64,000 nucleotides of DNA. Origin: an uncultured virus (IMG/VR IMGVR_UViG_3300031134_000596). Its lineage: Duplodnaviria; Heunggongvirae; Uroviricota; Caudoviricetes. The stretch is from IMG/VR virus record IMGVR_UViG_3300031134_000596. The stretch is one strand, 5' to 3'. Below, in pieces: positions 30,034-38,897 of this stretch. A program made the translations under genes and the position numbers. The notes under the pieces were generated by a model, which did no database searches, was not told where the DNA came from, and saw only the letters and a list, made by a program, of their open reading frames with translations. Position 1 is the stretch's first letter, and each line of letters begins with the position of its first letter.

Positions 30034-30437
30034 ATGCTTGCCCGAAGTGCCAAATTTACGAAATCCAAATTCTTTTACGCTTTAGACTTCGACAACCCTT
30101 ACTCTCTTGAACTCAACGAAGGTACATCAGCGTAACTTACCCTGCAATCTGGTTCAAAACTAAAGCCGGGGTGCTGACAGTTACAGAAGGCTCCCTGTCT
30201 CATAACACAAAGCAGGACACTGAGTTCAACCTGCAAGCAGTCAAAGAAGATGCTTTACGACATTTTGACGGTCGTTACGGTGGAAGCGTTGACTTCCAAT
30301 GGAATGGCGACAGCATGTGGTGTAGACAGAAGACTCTTGCTGAGATGAATGAAGCCCAAGAACGACTTGACCAGCACCTGAAAAGGTTCCCTCTTGCTCC
30401 TGAAGGATACGAGGGTTGGTACAGTATTAAGGATTAG
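30034..30437 (+). pseudogene. probable frameshifted hypothetical gene
   Basis: ATG 30034 frame (MLARSAKF..LNEG) stops at 30135; second frame open from 30111 continues YISVTYPAIW.. into ORF 30171..30437. Confidence 0.4.
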
Positions 30438-30451
30438 TTTCCAGAAACGAT

Positions 30452-30480
30452 TTGCTTTTTCTGATGGCAGGGTGTATGCT
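30452..30480 (+). promoter_or_regulatory. sigma-A type promoter
   Basis: TTGCTT-N17-TATGCT followed by the same CTTGTAAGAAA start as at 4040. Confidence 0.65.
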
Positions 30481-30505
30481 CATGCTTGTAAGAAACAAAA
30501 ACCAA

Positions 30506-30543
30506 CGGGGTTACTTGAACGCCCGCTCTAAAACAACAAGAAA
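30506..30543 (+). promoter_or_regulatory. conserved 5' leader hairpin, copy 2
   Basis: CGGGGTTACTTGAACGCCCG plus AAAACAACAAGAAA. Confidence 0.75.
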
Positions 30544-30554
30544 GAATAGAAACC

Positions 30555-30890
30555 ATGTTTGATGTAGTGCTTGATGCAACTACCGAAGTTACCAAGCTTG
30601 AAACTCAGCTCGCTGAGGCTCGTGCTAACCTAGCAAAGAAGGAAGCCCTCACTCCTGCTCAGCGTCTTGCTGAAGCAATTCATGAGGCTAAGGGTGGTAC
30701 TGACGGTCACCCTGATTGCTACTGGCGTGGTGAGTTCGCTTACAACGAAACCCCCGAAGGGTTCCATGCCTGGGAGCATGAGCGTTTCCTCGGCAAGGCT
30801 GAGAAGGTTCTTGCTCTTGTCAACAACGACCTTGCTGCTGCGTTGAAGATTGTGGGCATCATCACCCGCGATGACACCTACTTCGACTGA
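30555..30890 (+). CDS. hypothetical protein
   Basis: 111-aa ORF after conserved leader. Confidence 0.75.
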   Translation: MFDVVLDATTEVTKLETQLAEARANLAKKEALTPAQRLAEAIHEAKGGTDGHPDCYWRGEFAYNETPEGFHAWEHERFLGKAEKVLALVNNDLAAALKIVGIITRDDTYFD

Positions 30891-30910
30891 ACCTCACCCA
30901 CATTAATTCT

Positions 30911-30949
30911 GCAGGGTTACTTGAACGCCTGCTATAAAACAACAAGAAA
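30911..30949 (+). promoter_or_regulatory. conserved 5' leader hairpin, copy 3
   Basis: GCAGG-GTTACTTGAACG-CCTGC (compensatory stem) plus AAAACAACAAGAAA. Confidence 0.75.
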
Positions 30950-30960
30950 GAACTACAACC

Positions 30961-31437
30961 ATGTTGATTGAATTCACTCACGACCACGTTACAACCCGGC
31001 TTTTCTTCCAAGATGACGCTGGCCGCCGCAGAGCTCTACTGCGAGCTATGGCTGCAGCACCTTTTACCGTCAACGCTCCTAACGAAGAGCTGACCAACCT
31101 TGGTGTCATGCGTGAATACGTCGATGCTTACAAGCTACCTCAGGCAATGGTGGACATGGCTGGTCCTGCACTGAAGGCTCAGCTGGAGAAGCAGCGCAAC
31201 TTCACCGCAAGCATTGTTGCACGCAAGGAGGAGGAACACGACCTCACTCTGCACCGAGACCAGCTGCTTGCCCTGCCAGTAGCTGAAGCCATCACTAAGG
31301 TGTTCTTCGTCAACGGTGAAGTCCAGAACGCTGTTGACTACATTGCTGTTGAGCTGGATAAGCTCTACACGAAGGTCACTTCGGATGGTTACACGTCGAA
31401 GAAAATTTACACACTGCACGAAGCTGAGATGGCGTAG
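30961..31437 (+). CDS. hypothetical protein
   Basis: 158-aa ORF after conserved leader. Confidence 0.75.
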   Translation: MLIEFTHDHVTTRLFFQDDAGRRRALLRAMAAAPFTVNAPNEELTNLGVMREYVDAYKLPQAMVDMAGPALKAQLEKQRNFTASIVARKEEEHDLTLHRDQLLALPVAEAITKVFFVNGEVQNAVDYIAVELDKLYTKVTSDGYTSKKIYTLHEAEMA

Positions 31438-31448
31438 CCTGATTTTGA

Positions 31449-31482
31449 ACGAAACGACCAGTATAAAAACTGGTCGTTTCGT
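31449..31482 (+). terminator. intrinsic terminator
   Basis: ACGAAACGACCAGT / ACTGGTCGTTTCGT inverted repeat. Confidence 0.75.
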
Positions 31483-31504
31483 CGTTAAGTGCTAACCTTG
31501 TACA

Positions 31505-31630
31505 CAGAGGCATCCACACAGCTGCCCGTCTCAGATGTTCCTTCCTACGCAAGGGCATCGTTGAGAGCAAGGTTTTAGAAATCCTGTGTCATACAAACCT
31601 TTAACCATTTCGGTTGAGCGTAGGTTGACT
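31505..31630 (+). ncRNA. candidate structured pseudoknotted 5'-leader RNA, copy B
   Basis: homologous architecture to 5945..6081 with compensatory changes. Confidence 0.65.
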
Positions 31631-31645
31631 GAGAATGGAAATCAA

Positions 31646-32710
31646 ATGACGAACGACCGCACCCGAAAACTCAAAATTCGGGACCGCATGGCAGCTACTG
31701 GAGAAGTCTTCTCTGTTGCTGCGAAAAGCATTGACGCTGAAACTGCTATCCACAAACCAGGCTGGCAGGCTTTCCTCGAAGGATTTGGGAACACGAACCC
31801 AATCAAAGTGTGGCGTCCTGAAGGACTCAACTCTTGGACACAGCCGGTGTATTCTCTTGTAACTTCAGCCTGGGAAGGTGACACTACATCGCTACATGCT
31901 TTAGGTGCAGCTTACAAAGCTTTGGAAATGAAAGGTCATTACTTCTGCTTCCATCACTACATTGTAGAATACATTCAGTCCTGGTTCAGTCAGAAGCAAA
32001 TTAGCCCATCAATGGACCAACTGCGGAAGACCTTCAACCAGATGCATGACACTTTTCAGTATTTGGAAGACCATCGCTGGTTTGATTCAGCTTTAGCTGA
32101 TGAAGCCACAGTTGAAGCTGCTCAAAAACTTGTGCAGTTCACAGAGAAAGACATCATCACCCGTATCAACGAATCTTTACAACAAGATGTCCGGACAGCT
32201 AAGAATACAAACTTCTACACTACTGACGGCATTATCATGATGAGCCTTCTCTGGTCGGTGCTTCCACAGGATGAACGAATCATATTCGTGGAAGGACTAA
32301 CAAAGCTTCTACAAAACCTTCCATCAGTAGAAGAAGCTAACACTGATGACATCATCTACAACAGGTACTACGCTCAACCTCCAATTGCTCGCCCAGAGCT
32401 TGCAGTGGGGGATGAAGTGAAGTTCAAAAAAGACGGTCAAAGGTGGACTGTTCGTGGCTTTTCTGAGAACTACACAGTTCTGACTCGTGTGTCTAAAAGT
32501 AAAACCACGTTAGGTCAAGATCAGTACACTATTGTGGACTGGTCAACAAGCAACCGTGGAGCTCACAGCAGCTACGGTCATGCTGTGAAAACTGATGCTG
32601 AGGTACAGACCATTCTTGAAGTTTTGGAGGACTCTACTAACGATATTGAGCTGAGTCGTAATCAGGTACCGTGCCGCATCGAGCTGGTAAAGAAAGTCAA
32701 ACAGGGATAA
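31646..32710 (+). CDS. hypothetical protein with N-terminal RxRxAxTGE motif
   Basis: MTNDRTRKLKIRDRMAATGEVFSVAA. Confidence 0.75.
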   Translation: MTNDRTRKLKIRDRMAATGEVFSVAAKSIDAETAIHKPGWQAFLEGFGNTNPIKVWRPEGLNSWTQPVYSLVTSAWEGDTTSLHALGAAYKALEMKGHYFCFHHYIVEYIQSWFSQKQISPSMDQLRKTFNQMHDTFQYLEDHRWFDSALADEATVEAAQKLVQFTEKDIITRINESLQQDVRTAKNTNFYTTDGIIMMSLLWSVLPQDERIIFVEGLTKLLQNLPSVEEANTDDIIYNRYYAQPPIARPELAVGDEVKFKKDGQRWTVRGFSENYTVLTRVSKSKTTLGQDQYTIVDWSTSNRGAHSSYGHAVKTDAEVQTILEVLEDSTNDIELSRNQVPCRIELVKKVKQG

Positions 32711-32771
32711 CTTGTCAGGTTAAACAGTTGAGCCCGCCTAGTGTTTGCTAGGCGGGCTCAACTGTTTTGAT

Positions 32772-33095
32772 TCAGATGGTGGGAATCTCAGTTTCGATGA
32801 ACTCATCGATTTCAGAGATGGACAATCCGTAGCGAATGGAGACTTTATTGTCGTCCACTCCTTCTGTCCGAACAGTGACCTGGTTCTGGTAAGAAACCAT
32901 GATTTCTGCATTGACATCAGGGTAATCCCATACGATGCGGATGCTGTTGTCGTTCACAATGAACAAATCAGTGGGCCAAGCTTTGTCTTTGCTATTGGCA
33001 ATGAGAAGAATGTTGTTAGCATACTCTTCCAGATATTCAACCTCATCAGACGCTAAATGCTGGCTCAACTCATTAATCTGCTGTTGTGTAATCAT
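32772..33095 (-). CDS. hypothetical acidic protein
   Basis: leaderless TAGGAT-N7-ATG; weak similarity to 34607-family (WPTDLF..IRIVW). Confidence 0.6.
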   Translation of the reverse strand: MITQQQINELSQHLASDEVEYLEEYANNILLIANSKDKAWPTDLFIVNDNSIRIVWDYPDVNAEIMVSYQNQVTVRTEGVDDNKVSIRYGLSISEIDEFIETEIPTI

Positions 33096-33153
33096 GTCCA
33101 TAATCCTATCAGGAGGAAGCTGTATAGCGGCGAAAATACAGTTTTGAACTGTT

Positions 33154-33471
33154 TTATAGTTTAGATTCAAAGCCAGCAAGAGCAAGTAATTGTGAGGCCT
33201 GCTCAAATCCGTTATCAATCATGATTATACAAATCGGTGGGAAATACTCATCTTGCCAGAAATCTTCCCATTTAGGAATTCCATCCTTGGAATGACTTTC
33301 GATAATGGATTTTAGTTTAGGACTAACTTTAGGGTCTTTAGCCAACTGTTTCAGAGCATCATCATATCTAAGAGTGTAATTAGTCTGAAGTTGGGTAGCG
33401 TAAACCATTCCTCTTTTCAGGAATGATAAAAATTCTACTTCTTCTGAGTAGCTATCAAAAAATGTGTACAT
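33154..33471 (-). CDS. hypothetical protein (AT-rich)
   Basis: 105-aa ORF, CCGATA motif upstream. Confidence 0.55.
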   Translation of the reverse strand: MYTFFDSYSEEVEFLSFLKRGMVYATQLQTNYTLRYDDALKQLAKDPKVSPKLKSIIESHSKDGIPKWEDFWQDEYFPPICIIMIDNGFEQASQLLALAGFESKL

Positions 33472-33552
33472 AGTGTTATTTCTTTCTCGGTAGAGGTAAT
33501 TCTCTTATCGGATAAATGACTGGTTTGTTGGACATGGTTTAGACTTGCATGT

Positions 33553-33702
33553 ATGACAGACACTAAAGAGACCTTCGCTCAAGACGAAAAAGAGTACGTG
33601 GACAGCCCTGAACTGATGGACTCCAGACTATGGGTATTCTTCGGAACCGCCACAGCTGTTGCTTTAGTAGCAGGAGCTGGTGTTCTCGCATTGTTCCTTT
33701 AA
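33553..33702 (+). CDS. small C-terminally anchored membrane protein (49 aa, not in ORF track)
   Basis: MTDTKETFAQDEKEYVDSPELMDSRLWVFFGTATAVALVAGAGVLALFL; leaderless TAGACT-N7-ATG; terminator follows. Confidence 0.65.
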   Translation: MTDTKETFAQDEKEYVDSPELMDSRLWVFFGTATAVALVAGAGVLALFL

Positions 33703-33757
33703 CTGAGTTGACCCTCCCAGATGCAAATGTCTGGGAGGGTCAACTTACTGGAACGAG

Positions 33758-34249
33758 TTAGGACTGGCTAATTCCTGCATACTGGCTCAGAAGGTCCCGA
33801 AGAGCCTTCTCATCAGCAGGCGGAGCGTACAGGACGGTCTTGCCATGCTCGACAGCAACAGCAATCTCAGCTGCTGTACCAACAGCTTCTGTGTCCGCCG
33901 GGGTCACAACCACAACAACATCAGAGTTGATGATGGCTGAATCGTTCACCTTCTGAGCCTTCTCATGCCAGGCACCCTGCCAAGCCTTGTGAGGAGAGTA
34001 AACCAGGTGACCTGCATGGATGGTTGCAGTGCGAACTGCTTCACGCCAGGTGGAATACTCAAGGTACTCAGGGGAGTCAAGCCGGCCCCACCAGGTGCGG
34101 ATGGGACCTACGATGACAACAATGAGCGGCTCACCATCAGGCAGATGAGCCTCCACAGCTCCGTTACCCTCCTGAGCAAGAAGCTTGATGAACTCAGGGT
34201 TGGTGTTCTCGCCAGCAGAGAGAACAGAATCTTCAATTGAGATGGGCAT
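33758..34249 (-). CDS. nucleoside deoxyribosyltransferase-like protein
   Basis: YSPH..ND.AI..SDVVVVV....AVGTAAEI..A...GK. Confidence 0.65.
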   Translation of the reverse strand: MPISIEDSVLSAGENTNPEFIKLLAQEGNGAVEAHLPDGEPLIVVIVGPIRTWWGRLDSPEYLEYSTWREAVRTATIHAGHLVYSPHKAWQGAWHEKAQKVNDSAIINSDVVVVVTPADTEAVGTAAEIAVAVEHGKTVLYAPPADEKALRDLLSQYAGISQS

Positions 34250-34356
34250 TGACTTCCAAAGTTTGAAATGGTTACGAATACAGTGAGAGTATCAGCTTTT
34301 CACAGAAAAAGCAACACCTGGCAGATAACACTTGCAATCATATGTAAGGAGATACC

Positions 34357-34605
34357 ATGTCCATCGTAAAAGACATCGTGTTAGAAAGTACAAATTATGA
34401 GTTAGCTGTCCCTGTAACAGCTAAACAAAGCAACGAAGAGCTTACCCTTAGTGTCATCTTCCAAGCCGAAGATGACTGCGAAGCAAAGATGCTGTCTGTC
34501 GACATTCTCAACATCTGGTTAGGCTCCAACGTGAACCACCCTAAAAGGTATGCATCTTTGAATAACTCTGATGAGGGTTCTTTTGTTGCTCAACTGAACT
34601 GGTAG
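34357..34605 (+). CDS. hypothetical protein
   Basis: AAGGAG SD. Confidence 0.65.
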   Translation: MSIVKDIVLESTNYELAVPVTAKQSNEELTLSVIFQAEDDCEAKMLSVDILNIWLGSNVNHPKRYASLNNSDEGSFVAQLNW

Positions 34606-34606
34606 T

Positions 34607-34987
34607 TCAGGATTCGATGGCTACATCGATGAACGCTTTAGCCTGCTCCAAAGTAGAATCTTCAAGAGTTGTAATCTTGTCATGTGATGCAGGATGTAAG
34701 TCGAAAAGACTCATGACAGTTCCACCAGGCTGAACTTCGATGTTCGTTACTGCTGTAGGGCTGGACCATTCAACCAGAACGCCACCATCTTCCATAGGAA
34801 ACACTCCAGGCATTTCAGCTTTGGTGTCCCAAGCGTAAACTGCAAGTTCCCAGGCAGTGGTGATTGCACCTTCATCGATAGTCTCAGCGACAGCGCCTTC
34901 ATCCCAGCCTTCAGGTAAATCTCTCAGGTAGTTGAAGCGTTCGAAAAGCTGACCTACAGGTCCCTGTGGTTCAAAATCTTTCATCAT
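34607..34987 (-). CDS. GW..P..GG..W family protein, paralog 1
   Basis: LPEGWD...MPGVFPMEDGGVLVEW. Confidence 0.7.
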   Translation of the reverse strand: MMKDFEPQGPVGQLFERFNYLRDLPEGWDEGAVAETIDEGAITTAWELAVYAWDTKAEMPGVFPMEDGGVLVEWSSPTAVTNIEVQPGGTVMSLFDLHPASHDKITTLEDSTLEQAKAFIDVAIES

Positions 34988-34998
34988 AATCTCATCTT

Positions 34999-35409
34999 TC
35001 AATGTTGTTTGGCCAAGCTGCTTTGAGGTATTTTACTGTACTGTTCAACCAGCTGTTGAACAGTTGTTTTACGGACGCCTTCCCTCATGAGAGTGTATTC
35101 TCCACCGGCTTCAGTGTAATAAACATCCCATTTGATTGTAGAGCTGTAAGAGTGTCTGGGGTTTGCTTCAATGGCATGCAAGCTGCCGTCGAGACCATCC
35201 CATTGAAAACACAGCCCACCTGGAGACATTGGAATAATGGTCGGAAAATGACCACCTGCTTCACGAATTTGCTGCAACAGGAAAACTGTTTTCTTCAGGA
35301 AAAAGTCAGAGAAGCTTCGGTCAGTTCGTTCGCCATTCCATCCATCTGGGAAGGATCTAAACTTCTCATACTCCCAATACCATGGGTCATCCAGTTCAAC
35401 ATAAGCCAT
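34999..35409 (-). CDS. GW..P..GG..W family protein, paralog 2
   Basis: FPDGWNG...FPTIIPMSPGGLCFQW. Confidence 0.7.
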   Translation of the reverse strand: MAYVELDDPWYWEYEKFRSFPDGWNGERTDRSFSDFFLKKTVFLLQQIREAGGHFPTIIPMSPGGLCFQWDGLDGSLHAIEANPRHSYSSTIKWDVYYTEAGGEYTLMREGVRKTTVQQLVEQYSKIPQSSLAKQH

Positions 35410-35422
35410 AATCTATGTCCCT

Positions 35423-35857
35423 CTACCTTTTCTTCTGCACCTGTTGAGATGATCTGTACATGTTCTCTACTTCACGTTCAGTGAATTTCTCAACCAGCAA
35501 ACTGACAACCTCGTCAGGGTCGGTTGTAATTTTTGATTCCATTAAGTTTGTTCTCAGGTCCCAGTGGGTGAAACAAATTTTAGACAGAGGTAAATCAGGG
35601 TCATGTTCTACTTGCACGGAAACAGTAGTCAAGGTTGCAGCATCCTGCCAACTCATAACCATTCCTCGCCCTGCAGCTGCAACACGAACAGGTTCAGGGA
35701 ACCCTAAATCAGAGCAAAAACCAATCACACTTTCAGCAACGTTCAAAGAACTGACAGCTACTGCAGGTTCTGCGGTTTCACCCCACCCCTCTTGGAGTTC
35801 ACCGAAGAGAGCAAATCTATCAACCCAGTCTTGGGTGCTTGATCGAACAGTACTCAT
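35423..35857 (-). CDS. GW..P..GG..W family protein, paralog 3
   Basis: LQEGWG...FPEPVRVAAAGRGMVMSW; AGGAG SD. Confidence 0.7.
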   Translation of the reverse strand: MSTVRSSTQDWVDRFALFGELQEGWGETAEPAVAVSSLNVAESVIGFCSDLGFPEPVRVAAAGRGMVMSWQDAATLTTVSVQVEHDPDLPLSKICFTHWDLRTNLMESKITTDPDEVVSLLVEKFTEREVENMYRSSQQVQKKR

Positions 35858-36019
35858 TCTTCTCCTAAATGGGTGGCTTTCGCCTTACTCAATTGTAACA
35901 CAAAACAAAGAAGTAACAAAGCTTCAAAGGTCACAAGATTATGGTCCGTCTCAACAAATACGTCAAACTATAAATTACTGGTATGCTTGGTTCTCAAGCC
36001 CCTATAAGGAGTGAGTATC

Positions 36020-36424
36020 ATGAGTGTTTCCCCTGTCCCTGATAAAAGCAACATCAGTAGCGAACATGTTTACTATGATGTTCCACTGAAAGATTCTCGA
36101 ACTGGTTACCGAACGAGGGACTTCAGTGAAGCTCAGAAAGCTGCAGCAGGTGAATTTGGTGACGGGTCTGGTCGGATTACTAAAATCACCAATTCAACCC
36201 ACCGTTTCGACAACTCTGAAGGTAACTCTGTTTACGCTACAGTGAAAACTCAGGAAGAGCTAAAGCCGGTGAAGAAGTTTGACACTGACGGCAAGAAGCG
36301 TAACAAAGAGTATGCCGACCGACAAAGTTGTAGCCACTCGCAGACAAAAGAAGTCATGGTCGGTGCCGGCTGCAACAAAGACTACTACAGCCAATGCGTC
36401 AAATGTGGTAGGACTGTCGGATAG
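36020..36424 (+). CDS. hypothetical protein with C-terminal Zn ribbon
   Basis: AAGGAG SD; CSH...C...CVKCG. Confidence 0.65.
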   Translation: MSVSPVPDKSNISSEHVYYDVPLKDSRTGYRTRDFSEAQKAAAGEFGDGSGRITKITNSTHRFDNSEGNSVYATVKTQEELKPVKKFDTDGKKRNKEYADRQSCSHSQTKEVMVGAGCNKDYYSQCVKCGRTVG

Positions 36425-36537
36425 CCCTGTAAGGCTCTGTAACGGCTCAAGCTAAAAACTCGTGACGTTGTTCACGAAGACCAGTAAAACCCCTCTGATA
36501 GTCTCCTGCGACCGTTCAGAGGGGTTTTAGGCTTATA

Positions 36538-37317
36538 TCACCAGGATGTTTCAGGTAGAACAGACTCCAGGAACATTCCATGCTCTTTGAGGCTCCCGGA
36601 CCTGTTCCGGCTGCGAGGGATAAGCTCGCCCATATCCTCAACAAGGTCTTTTACGCTGATAAAATCCAAGTCGTTTGTGATAATCAAAGAGACCTGCTGA
36701 ATGTCGAACTTCCAAGTGAAGCAAAGACCAGAGCGAGGAATCGCTTCAATCGCAGTCGGGACAATACGGTTGTTCTCGCCACACAAACTGGAGAGTAACT
36801 CTTCAGCATGTCCAATCATCTGATAACGAGTTTCAGGGTCAACTCCATACCAACTGTTATCTTCATCGTCATCAATAAGCTGGAAAGCATCACACCAGAC
36901 ATCCCACCAAGCTTCCCGAGTGTCGTCCTCCAAAGACAGCTTAGCTGTAACCACATACTTGAGCAAATGACTTTCCAGCGACTCAAAATTTAGGGCAACC
37001 AAACTGGAGCTATCCAGCTCAGGATGGGTGGTATAAATCGAATAGTCTGAATTGCCTGTAATAGTGACAGCGATGCGAGAACCGTTGGTTCCATCCCATT
37101 CCATCACCACCAAATACCCAGGAATATTAGGATAACGCGGGTTACTCATTTTCAGTTCAGGTCGTGGCTTGTCATTAACAACCATCACATTAGTGAGTCG
37201 TGAAACTGTTTCAAGAATGACTTCAGAGCTGATAACTCCTTCGAGACGGGAGGACATTTCTTCGTGGGAGACGACAACCATTGGATCAGCTTCTGTACTG
37301 CTCATTATGCTATTCAT
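36538..37317 (-). CDS. hypothetical protein, distant member of the 34607 family
   Basis: SWYG..AEELL..VPTAIEAIPRSGLCFTW. Confidence 0.65.
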   Translation of the reverse strand: MNSIMSSTEADPMVVVSHEEMSSRLEGVISSEVILETVSRLTNVMVVNDKPRPELKMSNPRYPNIPGYLVVMEWDGTNGSRIAVTITGNSDYSIYTTHPELDSSSLVALNFESLESHLLKYVVTAKLSLEDDTREAWWDVWCDAFQLIDDDEDNSWYGVDPETRYQMIGHAEELLSSLCGENNRIVPTAIEAIPRSGLCFTWKFDIQQVSLIITNDLDFISVKDLVEDMGELIPRSRNRSGSLKEHGMFLESVLPETSW

Positions 37318-37361
37318 AGAACTTTGGTCTCCTTGACTACAGTCTTTCCGTACAGTCTACC

Positions 37362-38582
37362 CTATTTGAGGCTTTCAGGCTCAGGCTGGTCAGAAAAGAC
37401 TTCTGACAAAGGTAGCCCTGCTTGTGTAGCAAATTCTTCAGCTATTCCTCTAAAGCAGTTGTTGATTATTGGTGTCTGCGAATGGTCGTCTTTTCCAAAT
37501 TGTTCTAAAGCCATAGCTAAAAGAGCCACATTGTAGTCAACCTGAATGTATTTTTGTTTTACTGGTAAATAACTTCCAGCCTCCGCTACAAACTCTATGA
37601 GTTCATAATAAATAAGTGTTTCTAAAGTTGCACTACTAAACTGGAACAATTTCTTCAAGTCGACTATTTGTTGTTGTTTCAATAATTCTTTATGTATCAC
37701 CCCAGCTATAAGTTGCAGTGCAACGTTGTGAGCTACTTTTTCGGGTGGGACTTGCTTTACCTTTGTGGGAGAATCTAAGCTAACTTGGTTTGAGAAAAAT
37801 TTCCATGACCTACTCCGAGGCAACTCAACATTATTTTCTCTGTTATCTTTTATGGAAATTTTTAGAAGTGCTGGTTGTTTCAGTTTTTTCACTAATTTCT
37901 CGTTGCTGGTAATTTTAGGCACAAACTCTACTATAAAATCATTCCACATGCTATGCCTAAAGTTGGCTGTTGTAGCCCTTGCTAAATCAACTATATTGTA
38001 GTAAAAATCTAAAACTTCTCCTGATTTTAGTTCAAAATATGTTTGATCTGAAGCTTCTTTAATAAGAACCCCGTTTTTTCGACACTCGATATAATTGACA
38101 GGTATTGTATTTTGGGAAGAGCCAAATACTGGAAGACTAAATCTCAACTCCCCTCTACCAGTGTTTCTTATTCTTAACTGCCCAATGGTCAATGCGTTAT
38201 ATGCAATTGGGAAAGAGCTGTCTTTGTGTTTTTGAAAACGTGTTTCGATATCCATAAGCTGAGGATTATATCCTGTTACTAAACTTGAAGTATTAGCGTA
38301 CTTTGAACGGAAAATACCCGTAGATTTTAACGCGTTATACTCACTAGCTCTCTGAAATCCAAAGTTTAAAGATAGATGAGCTTTCCATTCTCCTGAACGA
38401 TAACTCATGTATGCAATCAACGCGCTAGTTATCGTGACAGATACTGTCAAGCCAGTTGTGAGAAGAACGAGTGTGTTAGCTTTAGCCATAGGAATAAGTA
38501 TTTGCCAATAAATCTCATTCCACATTGTTATAATTGCTAACACTGAGGCTAAACTCAAAACAAAAATAACTTTTTTCATCAA
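37362..38582 (-). CDS. AT-rich membrane-anchored hypothetical protein
   Basis: two N-term TM segments, 406 aa, markedly AT-rich. Confidence 0.65.
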   Translation of the reverse strand: MMKKVIFVLSLASVLAIITMWNEIYWQILIPMAKANTLVLLTTGLTVSVTITSALIAYMSYRSGEWKAHLSLNFGFQRASEYNALKSTGIFRSKYANTSSLVTGYNPQLMDIETRFQKHKDSSFPIAYNALTIGQLRIRNTGRGELRFSLPVFGSSQNTIPVNYIECRKNGVLIKEASDQTYFELKSGEVLDFYYNIVDLARATTANFRHSMWNDFIVEFVPKITSNEKLVKKLKQPALLKISIKDNRENNVELPRSRSWKFFSNQVSLDSPTKVKQVPPEKVAHNVALQLIAGVIHKELLKQQQIVDLKKLFQFSSATLETLIYYELIEFVAEAGSYLPVKQKYIQVDYNVALLAMALEQFGKDDHSQTPIINNCFRGIAEEFATQAGLPLSEVFSDQPEPESLK

Positions 38583-38836
38583 ACATCTTTCTGATTCTGC
38601 ATATGTCCCAACTGAAGCCGAGTATGTAAATTCCGTGCAAATCCCTTTTTATCTGTATCTTCAGAGATTTTCCAGAAAGTTAGCATGACACGAACAAATT
38701 CAGAAGCGTTGGATACTCCAGCTTTCTCAGCTTCCTCTAAAAGCTGTTCATAGGAAGATTCAGGCATGGAAATTGTTAAACGAGCTGCTTTTTCTCCTTC
38801 AGGGTACTTTCTACGACGGTCATGTTTTTCAGGCAT
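38579..38836 (-). CDS. ribbon-helix-helix/CopG-like DNA-binding protein
   Basis: RLTISMPESSYEQLLEEAEKAGVSNASEFVR; AAGGAG SD. Confidence 0.65.
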   Translation of the reverse strand: MPEKHDRRRKYPEGEKAARLTISMPESSYEQLLEEAEKAGVSNASEFVRVMLTFWKISEDTDKKGFARNLHTRLQLGHMQNQKDV

Positions 38837-38897
38837 TACAGGCTCCTTAGCCGATACTGTTAGGTAAGATATATCATACTTATCGGCAGGAATATAC

